From: an uncultured Veillonellaceae bacterium
GTDB taxonomy: Bacteria > Bacillota > Negativicutes > JARBTT01
Length of the DNA stretch: 64,000 nt
Direction of reading: 5' to 3'
Assembly: GCA_963805085.1 (NCBI GenBank)
Contig: CAWDTA010000002.1
Span: 704,001-768,000, forward strand
The position numbers and the translations under genes are program-made. Shown here piece by piece: positions 8,966 to 17,351 of the stretch. The notes under the pieces are model-generated. The model had not been told where the DNA came from, ran no database searches, and saw only the letters and a program-made list of their open reading frames with translations. Numbering within the stretch: position 1 is the stretch's first letter; the number at the start of each line of letters is the position of its first letter.

Positions 8966-9593
8966 TGGGACAAGGGGACAGGTTTGCTGTCCCACTGATA
9001 AAAGAGAATAAAGAATCAATAGACCAAGTGATAAAACGAATTAGTAGTAGCTATGTATATTGGTATAATCAAAAATATCAACGGTGTGGGCATTTGTTTC
9101 AAGAGCGATATAAGAGTGAAGTTGTCGAGACAGATGCATATTTTCTTATGGTTTTGAGATACATTCATCAGAATCCGGTAAAAGCAGGAATTACCAAAAA
9201 TGTAGGTAGATATTTGTGGAGTAGTTATCATAATTATGTCGGTATACCAGGTATTACAGATATAGAGTTTGCGTTAGAAAATTTTTCGAGTGACAAAGCA
9301 GCGGCGACAAAATTATTTATAGAGTATACAAATGAAAACAATGCAGATGAATGTTTGGGTTGTAGAGAAAAAGTGATTGTATCCGATCAGAAAATAATGA
9401 AATATTTAAGTGAAATGGGAATAACAACGATTAGTCAATTGCAACGATTAAATAAAGAGCAACGGGATAATGTAATCCGAAAGATAAAAGAAAAGGATGG
9501 CATTACGATAAGGCAATTAGCAAGGATAACTGGAATTTCTAAAAGTGTAATTGATAGATTGTAGTGGGACAACAAACCTGTCCCTTTGTCCCA
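8966..9593 (+). mobile_element. IR-flanked HUH tyrosine transposase element, copy 2 (5'-deleted)
   Basis: 31-bp inverted repeats 8966-8996 and 9563-9593 (29/31) with GGGGACAGG core. Confidence 0.8.
8995..9564 (+). pseudogene. REP-associated tyrosine transposase fragment lacking N-terminus and HUH motif
   Basis: YVYWYNQKYQRCGHLFQERYKS and YIHQNP present; homology starts abruptly at the left IR. Confidence 0.8.
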
Positions 9594-9614
9594 ATTTCAC
9601 CCCAACTAAATCAA

Positions 9615-9701
9615 CAAAAGACGAATACTAATTGCTTTAAGCCCTACTAGCAATTAGTATTCGTCTTTATTTCTTTTATCGAAAAATTTTATTTTATCAC
9701 T
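9615..9701. repeat. Hairpin-plus-tail repeat, copy C (also the pucR terminator)
   Basis: AAAGACGAATACTAATTGC...GCAATTAGTATTCGTCTTT just downstream of the pucR stop. Confidence 0.8.
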
Positions 9702-9714
9702 TAATCGTTTTTAT

Positions 9715-10944
9715 CTACTCATGCATTAAAAAACCAAACTTCATTTGTTTCCCGACGATCACACCCAATTGCAATGTCAACCGATCATAGGGATTGGTTA
9801 GTTTTTTTCCGGTGATTTCTTCAACTTTCTTTAACCGATAATCGAGGGTATTGCGGTGTAAAAATAGGCGTTTTGCGGTTCTGACGACATTGCCATTTTC
9901 CTCAAAATACACAAATAAGCTGAGAACCAGATCCATTTTATATTTACGATCATATTCATTGAGCGGTTCGATAACCTCTTCATAATATTCTTTTAATTGT
10001 TCATTCGGTATTTCAAATAATAATTTATAAATTCCTAACTGCTCATACTCGTAAACAGACTTTACCGTTGCCGTAGACTCTGCTAACCACAACGCTTTAT
10101 TGCCTTGCATATAGCTACGCCTAACATCGCGCAAAGTTTTTGCTGTCCCGCCCAAGCTTGCCACAATGCCATATCTAGGAAATCTCGCATTTAATTTTTC
10201 AATAATTTCTGATACAAATACAAAATTACTTTGCTGTTTTGTCGTCTTAGCATCTGTTGGTAACAATAAAACTACTTTATCCATCCATAACGTTACCAGC
10301 AATTTTTTTCCTTGCATAACTAAAATATCACGAACAAGCTGCTCTAATTGCGTTTTTAAGGCAACGATAGCAAATTCGTCTTTGATCTCTTCTTCTTGAA
10401 CGTAATTTTCTAAATTTGCTGGGCTAAAAATTACGACTTGCTGTGGTTTTGATAAATCATAGCCATAGACCCCAGCACGCTCTACTAGATTTGGAGCATC
10501 CTCAACTGGTTGTAATAATAATTGTTCAAAAAAATGATAAATCAAATGTTTTTCCGTTTGCTTCAATACGATATAACTACAAATATCTTGCGTAACTTCA
10601 ACAAGTTTTACTTCCCACGGCAATTCAAATACAGGAAAATTTGCCGCATCGGCAATCTGGATAACTTCATCAGGAATTTTCTTGATATACGGTCCTACAT
10701 TGATGATAATCCCCGCAATATTTTTATGAATTAAGCCTTGCACAAGCGTTGTTAAACCGCGCATATCACCATTTAAAGCAATGCCTGTAATAATGAGCAA
10801 TTCTCCACCCTGTACCCACGGAAGCACATCGGGCAAATCAATAAAATGTACCCATCTTACTTGATGATACAGACCATCTTTTCCCCCTACAATCTTTAAC
10901 TTTGCTAATGAATGTAGATTGATAATTTCACGGCAACTAACCAT
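9715..10944 (-). CDS. PucR-family transcriptional regulator
   Basis: N-terminal PucR ligand domain (VRWVH...WVQGGELLIITG), C-terminal HTH LFLHRNTLDYRL. Confidence 0.92.
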   Translation of the reverse strand: MVSCREIINLHSLAKLKIVGGKDGLYHQVRWVHFIDLPDVLPWVQGGELLIITGIALNGDMRGLTTLVQGLIHKNIAGIIINVGPYIKKIPDEVIQIADAANFPVFELPWEVKLVEVTQDICSYIVLKQTEKHLIYHFFEQLLLQPVEDAPNLVERAGVYGYDLSKPQQVVIFSPANLENYVQEEEIKDEFAIVALKTQLEQLVRDILVMQGKKLLVTLWMDKVVLLLPTDAKTTKQQSNFVFVSEIIEKLNARFPRYGIVASLGGTAKTLRDVRRSYMQGNKALWLAESTATVKSVYEYEQLGIYKLLFEIPNEQLKEYYEEVIEPLNEYDRKYKMDLVLSLFVYFEENGNVVRTAKRLFLHRNTLDYRLKKVEEITGKKLTNPYDRLTLQLGVIVGKQMKFGFLMHE

Positions 10945-10971
10945 ATGCAAGACTCCTTTTAAGACTGATTC

Positions 10972-12390
10972 CTACAAATTGAAAACAATTAATTTCTCTT
11001 CAGTCATTTCTTTTACTGCGTAGGCAGGCCCTTCACGACCAATCCCACTTTCTTTTACGCCACCATAAGGCATGTTATCCATCCGGAATGTTGCACCATC
11101 ATTGATAATCACACCGCCAACTTCCAATTTTTCCACGCAAAGATGTACAATATCAAGCGCATTGGTAAATACCCCTGCTTGCAGTCCATAAATGGAATCA
11201 TTGACCTGGGCGATAGCGCCCTCAATATCATTATAAGGGATAATCGAGAATACTGGTGCAAAAATTTCTTTGCAGATCACTTTCATCTCAGATTTTGTAT
11301 TGGTTAAAATTGTTGGTCTCAGCCAAACTCCCTCACGTGTGCCACCTGTCAAAATTTTTGCGCCTGCATTGACAGCTTCATCAACCCATTCTTGGGCACG
11401 AATTGCTTCTCTTTCACTAATCATTGGGCCTACATCTGTTTTTAAATCTGCAGGATCACCAAAAATCATTTTTTCGGTAAACGCGACTGCTTGCCCGCAA
11501 AACTCTTCATAAATATCCTGATGTACATAGACTCTTTGACAAGAAATACAAACTTGACCAGCGTTAACGAACGCATATTTTGCACAAAGTTCGGCAACTT
11601 TTTGTACATCAGCGTCTTTATGCACGATATTCGCCGAATTGGAACCAAGCTCTAAGGCTACCCGGCGAAAGCCAGCTGCTTTCAATAGACCTTTGCCGAC
11701 CGCCGGGCTGCCAGTAAAGCTATATAAACGAATCCGTTGTTCTTCAGTTAACAATGCCCCTAAACTAGAACCTGAACCTGTAAGCAGGTTCAAATACCCT
11801 GCTGGTAAACCTGCTTCGCTAAAGATCTCGCAAAGTAGTACCGCGGATATTGGTGTGGTAGTTGCTGGTTTATAAATAACAGCATTTCCCGCAGCCAAGG
11901 CTGGTCCGAGTTTATGGCAAGCTAAATTCAATGGGAAATTAAATGGGGTAATCGCACAGACAATGCCAAGTGGCACACGCTTTGTATAGGCCAAACGATT
12001 TTCACAGTTCGGTGCGCCTTGAATCGGTACCATTTCTCCGGTCATGCTTTTCGCTTCTTCTGCCGACAGAATCAACGTTTGTTTCGCTCTTGATACCTCC
12101 GCCATCGCATCTTTCATCGGTTTGCCTACTTCAATGCAAAGTGCTGTAGCAACTTCCGCTTGTCTCTCCATTAAAAGATTACTTGCCTTCATCAGTATTT
12201 CATAACGGCGATATGGGGCAATTTTTTCTGCTTTTAAGGCTTTTTCAGCTGCATCCACAGCTGCTGTTACCTCTTGCTTTTCGGCAATGGAAATCGTCGC
12301 CGCTACCTTGCCAGTTGCTTTATTAAACACTTCACATGTTTTTTCTGTTTCTAGCCATTTTCCATCAATAAATAAACCATATTTCTTCAT
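10972..12390 (-). CDS. NAD(P)-dependent aldehyde dehydrogenase (succinate-semialdehyde/aminoaldehyde type by context)
   Basis: ITPFNFP, FTGS, LELGSN, GQVCIS catalytic Cys, EIFAP, PYGGVKESG. Confidence 0.9.
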   Translation of the reverse strand: MKKYGLFIDGKWLETEKTCEVFNKATGKVAATISIAEKQEVTAAVDAAEKALKAEKIAPYRRYEILMKASNLLMERQAEVATALCIEVGKPMKDAMAEVSRAKQTLILSAEEAKSMTGEMVPIQGAPNCENRLAYTKRVPLGIVCAITPFNFPLNLACHKLGPALAAGNAVIYKPATTTPISAVLLCEIFSEAGLPAGYLNLLTGSGSSLGALLTEEQRIRLYSFTGSPAVGKGLLKAAGFRRVALELGSNSANIVHKDADVQKVAELCAKYAFVNAGQVCISCQRVYVHQDIYEEFCGQAVAFTEKMIFGDPADLKTDVGPMISEREAIRAQEWVDEAVNAGAKILTGGTREGVWLRPTILTNTKSEMKVICKEIFAPVFSIIPYNDIEGAIAQVNDSIYGLQAGVFTNALDIVHLCVEKLEVGGVIINDGATFRMDNMPYGGVKESGIGREGPAYAVKEMTEEKLIVFNL

Positions 12391-12447
12391 TACACTATCT
12401 CCTTTTTACAATAAATATATGCTCGCTTGATTTTTGCTTTTGGGGAT

Positions 12448-12493
12448 AATAAAAAAGATCGCAGTCATCCTTAACTTACGATCTACCTTGATC
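12448..12493 (-). promoter_or_regulatory. ALDH leader: ANTAR-like hairpin GATC-AAGGTA-GATC overlapping a terminator
   Basis: Hexaloop with A1/G4 at 12493-12480; its 3' arm is the 5' arm of AGATCG...CGATCT, followed by a U-tract. Confidence 0.55.
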
Positions 12494-12542
12494 TTTTTTC
12501 TTTATAAAAGTGTGTTCCAAAAACACACAACAATAAAATTCA

Positions 12543-12663
12543 AGAGACTGTTACAAGATGCCCAAATGCTAGGCAGGGCGAGAACACGAGGGCGTACGAT
12601 GTAGTACGTTGAGCGAGTGCTCGCAGGATGAGCAACGCAGATGGGTATTTTGTAACAGTCTCT
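12543..12663 (+). repeat. 121-bp structured MITE-like repeat, copy 1
   Basis: TIR AGAGACTGTTACAA...TTGTAACAGTCTCT; internal motifs shared with 15952-16093. Confidence 0.75.
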
Positions 12664-12954
12664 ATTATAGCTTTAGAATACCAGTATCTATGGGTAGAGT
12701 CAATAAACTTCCTTCGGCATATTTCACAATAAATATAACCTATTTTAGGATTTTTTTATATTTCATCACAATCATTTTATTTGCTAAGCAGTACGCACAG
12801 GATTGTCTCAGCCAACTGCGTTTATGGTCTACTACTTGACACAAGGTAGTCTTTTTGTGATAATGGCAAGAATACTAGCCGCTATATAAACATACACATT
12901 ACATACTATAATGAAACAAACTTATCTTGATATTTCCAGAGGAGGCAAGCAAAA

Positions 12955-14559
12955 TTGAAAAAATTTTTCGCGTTACTGGTATGTATCAGCGCTTTCGCTT
13001 TAGCATTTTTTCTCTTGTCACCACCAGCGAAAACAAATGGAACAATCCATGTCATTGCCGAAGCAACAACCAATCAAAAAATGATTGATGATACAAAAAA
13101 AACTACTACTTTTTTCAAACAATTTCTAGCCGAGGACATGCATATCGAACTGACACGTGATGTTAAAATAGTGATTTGCCCAACCAAGGAAAGCTACAAT
13201 ACAGTTTTACAGCGAGACATTCATTTGTCCAAAGATAGCGCACTCCGGCAAGCTAAGCTATCGGCTGGAATATCCAATGATAAGTTTCATACCATTGCCT
13301 TGAATGGTACAGCCGAAAAAATGAAGACACCGCAAAATAGCACCTCAGCTATTGCACATGAGTTGTTCCACCAAGTACAGGCTCAATTATCTAATAATAA
13401 GGATGATAAAGCTCTCTATTGGCTAAAAGAAGGTACCGCTGACTTTATCGGTGCCGCCATCGCAGAAAAAAATGGCTATCAAAGTAGGGAGCAATGGAAA
13501 TTAGATACGATAAATACGTTGCGAACTGCTGCTAGCTACACTTCGGCCTCGGATATTTTACATATTGACCTTGAAGAATGGACCAACCTAATGGAACAAA
13601 ATCAATTTCCCTATCAAATATCTGACTTAATGGTTTGTTATTTAGTATCAGAACAGCCAAACGATAAAGCTTACGCTTCAATTGCCGAATATTTCCGACT
13701 TGTCGATCGACTGGGTGATGGCGATAAAGCTTTTGAACAGGCCTTCGGGCTATCAATCAACCAATTTCTCCTTAACTTTCAGCACTGGTTCCTCACTACC
13801 ATGAGCCAACCCGCCCAAATAGAAATCGTTCGTCAACCAGAGATCGCTCCAGATGTAGCTGCCGACGTTGAGCATGGCGCAGCTTTGACCCGTCAATTTT
13901 TTCAAAACAAATGGAATTCCGATTTGAAGGCTTCTCAACGAATCGTGTTAACTGGCAATAAAGATACCTATACCTCCACTATCGCAAAAGAATTTAATTT
14001 TTCTACAGAAGATGCCGCGCAAAAATCTCAGAGCAGTGTCTGGTGGGGCAATAATAGCACCACGGTAGTTGATATGAGCTCCCTTTCTACGAAACACCAA
14101 ATCATCTTTGCCACTGCTACGATTATGGTGAAACGCTACCAGTTACAGGTCACTTCTCAAAAAAGCTTATCAACACTCAGTTGGTTAACGAATGGTAGTG
14201 CCGATGTCATTGCAGCTCATACAGTTGAGCTGGCTGGCATATATACCCTAGAAAACTATAAAACTTCTTGGCGGAATAGCCTGCGTAACTCAGCAGTAAT
14301 CCCTAATCTAGCTGAGTTACAAACTGAACAAGACTGGACAAATGCCAATACAAAGTATGGCTTCAACACTGTCTCCCATCTATCGGCTTTGGCAGTTGCT
14401 TCTTTGATTGAAAAATATGGTTTTGAATCAATTCATGCTTGGCTCGAAGCGACGAAAGAGTACGGTGATGCAGAAAAAGCCTTCCAATCTGTTTACGGAA
14501 TATCCCCAGCCCAATTTGCCGTCGATTACAAAAAATCTTTAACCAGACAACTAAAATGA
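12955..14559 (+). CDS. Secreted protein with tandem peptidase-MA-like domains
   Basis: Signal peptide; domain 1 has AHELFH...WLKEGTA; repeated domain 2 has lost HExxH. Confidence 0.7.
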   Translation: MKKFFALLVCISAFALAFFLLSPPAKTNGTIHVIAEATTNQKMIDDTKKTTTFFKQFLAEDMHIELTRDVKIVICPTKESYNTVLQRDIHLSKDSALRQAKLSAGISNDKFHTIALNGTAEKMKTPQNSTSAIAHELFHQVQAQLSNNKDDKALYWLKEGTADFIGAAIAEKNGYQSREQWKLDTINTLRTAASYTSASDILHIDLEEWTNLMEQNQFPYQISDLMVCYLVSEQPNDKAYASIAEYFRLVDRLGDGDKAFEQAFGLSINQFLLNFQHWFLTTMSQPAQIEIVRQPEIAPDVAADVEHGAALTRQFFQNKWNSDLKASQRIVLTGNKDTYTSTIAKEFNFSTEDAAQKSQSSVWWGNNSTTVVDMSSLSTKHQIIFATATIMVKRYQLQVTSQKSLSTLSWLTNGSADVIAAHTVELAGIYTLENYKTSWRNSLRNSAVIPNLAELQTEQDWTNANTKYGFNTVSHLSALAVASLIEKYGFESIHAWLEATKEYGDAEKAFQSVYGISPAQFAVDYKKSLTRQLK

Positions 14560-14579
14560 ATTTCTCAGTCGATCCTATT

Positions 14580-14611
14580 TGCCAGCGTTTAGCGAACGCT
14601 GGCATTTTTTA
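14580..14611 (+). terminator. Intrinsic terminator
   Basis: TGCCAGCGTT...AACGCTGGCA plus T-run. Confidence 0.8.
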
Positions 14612-14693
14612 TTTCAAAGTATATTTACAAAGTATAGTTTCATACTATGGATAGAGCTGTATCGCTTGATTACATGTTGTGAAAGGAGAAGCT

Positions 14694-15920
14694 ATGCTTT
14701 CTAAAAAATCATTATCTATGATCCTTCTATTTACTTTCTTCATTGGAACCGGCACCTATTTTACCTTTGGCGAAAATTTGATAGGGCCAACGCCGCACTA
14801 TATCACGCAGACCATAACTGCCGATTCTAAAACAACACGTACGATTGCTTGGCAAACAACACCATCCGAGATAGATCAGTTTTTAGAATATAAAAAATTG
14901 AATACATCGCAAACCACACTACTCGTGGCAAACTCACAAAAATTGACGACAAACGCAGAGGACATGACGCTTCACTGCGTTACGCTTACTGGATTAACAC
15001 CTGGTACGAGCTATGCGTATCGTGTTGGTAGCCATAATAACTGGTCTGATTGGCAAGAGCTTACTACGGAAGGGCTCAATACAACAAGTTTTAAGGCCAT
15101 CATTTTTGGTGATTCACAAAGTTCTGACTATGCCGTTTGGAAACAAACCGCACAAACTGCTTGGTCTAAAAATAAAGATGCCTCCTTTTTTATTAATATG
15201 GGAGATTTGGTTGATATCGGCTCACACTATGACCAATGGAAATCTTGGTTCGATGGCGCAAAGGGTATGATTGATACGATTCCTGTCGCACCACTCAGTG
15301 GCAATCACGAAAATTACTTGCCAGGTGGCACCTTTTCACCAGCGTTTCTATACCTTGAATTATTTAACCTGCCCATGAATGGTCCTGATGATCTAAAAGG
15401 ACAAGCCTATTCCTTTGATTATGGTGATGTCCACTTTGTCGTTTTAGATAGCCAAGCGGAAGAACTTGATAAGTTTCAACCAGACTTACTCATGAAACAA
15501 AAAACTTGGTTGGAGCAAAATCTAAAAGCCACCGCAAAACCTTGGAAACTTCTCCTGATTCATCGAGGTTTATTTAGCCATCCGGACGTTGCCAATTTAA
15601 ACGAACTCGGTAAAGCTTTTGTTCCTATTTTAGATCAATATCATGTCGACCTTGTTTTCACAGCGCATATTCATACGTATGGCAGAACCACCCCACTCCT
15701 CAATGGCAATGTCGCCGAAAAAGGTACTATTTATATCTCAACCGGTCGGTCTGGTGATAAAACGTGGTCAGATTCTAAACAAAAACCAACCGAAATCGTT
15801 TATGATAATGCGCTGGATATGCCAAATTATTTAACATTAGAAACAACTGGCAATACACTCAAAGTTACCAATATAAAGCAAGATGGCACCTTAATTGATC
15901 AATTTGTACTGAAAAAATAA
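14694..15920 (+). CDS. Purple acid phosphatase-like metallophosphoesterase with N-terminal FN3 domain
   Basis: FGDSQ, GDLVD, GNHE, AHIH motifs; YAYRVG FN3 region; signal anchor. Confidence 0.9.
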   Translation: MLSKKSLSMILLFTFFIGTGTYFTFGENLIGPTPHYITQTITADSKTTRTIAWQTTPSEIDQFLEYKKLNTSQTTLLVANSQKLTTNAEDMTLHCVTLTGLTPGTSYAYRVGSHNNWSDWQELTTEGLNTTSFKAIIFGDSQSSDYAVWKQTAQTAWSKNKDASFFINMGDLVDIGSHYDQWKSWFDGAKGMIDTIPVAPLSGNHENYLPGGTFSPAFLYLELFNLPMNGPDDLKGQAYSFDYGDVHFVVLDSQAEELDKFQPDLLMKQKTWLEQNLKATAKPWKLLLIHRGLFSHPDVANLNELGKAFVPILDQYHVDLVFTAHIHTYGRTTPLLNGNVAEKGTIYISTGRSGDKTWSDSKQKPTEIVYDNALDMPNYLTLETTGNTLKVTNIKQDGTLIDQFVLKK

Positions 15921-15951
15921 AAATGTTCGTTCCACTTGTAAACTAGTACGA

Positions 15952-16093
15952 AGATAGGTCGCCGGTTGGTGAGAAGTGCTTAGATGCAAGGCGCAGTAAG
16001 AGCCTGTGAAGGAGTCGTACTTGTGTACGTTGACGAGCAGCACCTTACTGCAACGCCGCAGATGAGTGCTTATCGCCGACCCGCGATCTATCT
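15952..16093 (+). repeat. 142-bp structured MITE-like repeat, copy 2
   Basis: Long terminal stem AGATAGGTCGC...GCGATCTATCT; core GATGCAAGGC / CGTAC..GTACGTTGA / GCAACGC..AGATG. Confidence 0.75.
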
Positions 16094-16279
16094 GTCCATA
16101 GTTTGTCTACAACCTCCGACATTACAAGTGTAACTTTGTAATGTCTTTTGTGTTTTTGCAAAGTATTTTGAATTCATTTTGCAAACAAAAGGAGACTTTA
16201 TAAAGTGAATCGAAGTGATACCCTTATAAAAAAATCAAAATCTATTGATTGGCTAACATTAAGGAGTGATCTGGATATT

Positions 16280-17218
16280 ATGAAAAAAAATAAAGTGGCT
16301 ATCATTGGTGCAGGCGCAGTAGGTTCATCTATTGCTTTTGACCTGATTATCCAAGGTATTTGTGATGAAATTTTAATCATTGATATTAATGAAAAAAAAG
16401 CCTTTAGCGAAGCCTTGGATTTAAACCATTGCATGGCTTATTCTAAACATACAACTAAAATAAAAGCGAGTAACTATACGGAATGCGGCGATGCTGATCT
16501 TATCATTATTACTGCCGCCGCCCCTTATATTCAAGGGCAATCACGCTTGGATATGCTTGCTACTGCAAAGAAAATTGTAAAATCGATCATAGAGCCGATC
16601 ATGGCAAGCGGATTCGCTGGGCATTTCGTCGTCATCACAAATCCTGTCGATATCATTTCTTACTACATATACAAATTATCTGGTCTGCCTAAGAATAAAG
16701 TAATTGGAACTGGTACTGCACTTGACTCCGCTAGACTTAGAAGTATCTTAGCTAACTTAATCGGCGTCGAATCAAATAGTGTTCAGGCATACACAATCGG
16801 TGAACATGGTGATTCACAAATGATCCCTTGGAGTACTGTCAATATTGCTGGCAAAACCTTTGCCGATATTTTAATAGATAATAAAGATCGACTTGGCACA
16901 ATAGACCTCAACCAAATTCTAGAGGAAACAAGACGTGCTGGGTTTGAAATTGCTGCCGGTAAAGGTACGACGAATTATGGAATTGCCGCAACCACCGTTG
17001 ATATTGTGAAGGCCATTCTAAATGATGAAAACAAAATTATTCCTGTTTCCGCGTTACTTGAAGGTGAATACAATCAAACCGATGTTTATGTTGGCGTTCC
17101 AGCTATCGTAAATGGTAAAGGCGTTTCGGAAATTGTTGAACTTCACTTAACCGCAGAAGAAGCCGAAAAATTTGATCAATCCGTGACCATTATCAAGAAT
17201 TATATTGCACAGCTATAA
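16280..17218 (+). CDS. ldh: L-lactate dehydrogenase family (L-2-hydroxyacid dehydrogenase)
   Basis: GAGAVG, TNPVD, GTALDSAR, GEHGDS; RBS AAGGAG before ATG 16280. Confidence 0.85.
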   Translation: MKKNKVAIIGAGAVGSSIAFDLIIQGICDEILIIDINEKKAFSEALDLNHCMAYSKHTTKIKASNYTECGDADLIIITAAAPYIQGQSRLDMLATAKKIVKSIIEPIMASGFAGHFVVITNPVDIISYYIYKLSGLPKNKVIGTGTALDSARLRSILANLIGVESNSVQAYTIGEHGDSQMIPWSTVNIAGKTFADILIDNKDRLGTIDLNQILEETRRAGFEIAAGKGTTNYGIAATTVDIVKAILNDENKIIPVSALLEGEYNQTDVYVGVPAIVNGKGVSEIVELHLTAEEAEKFDQSVTIIKNYIAQL

Positions 17219-17351
17219 GCTCTAACGACGAAAGCTTCAAATAAAAAAATCGGGTGGCTATCCTTTTTTCATTTTGTTACGCCATAAGTGTAGACAAAAT
17301 TTGAGCATCTGCACTTATTTTTTAAAGTATAAAGTTTATTGGTCTAACTAA

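Noticed and set aside
12609-12839. 76-aa ORF
   Set aside because: Starts inside the MITE-like repeat and crosses promoter DNA
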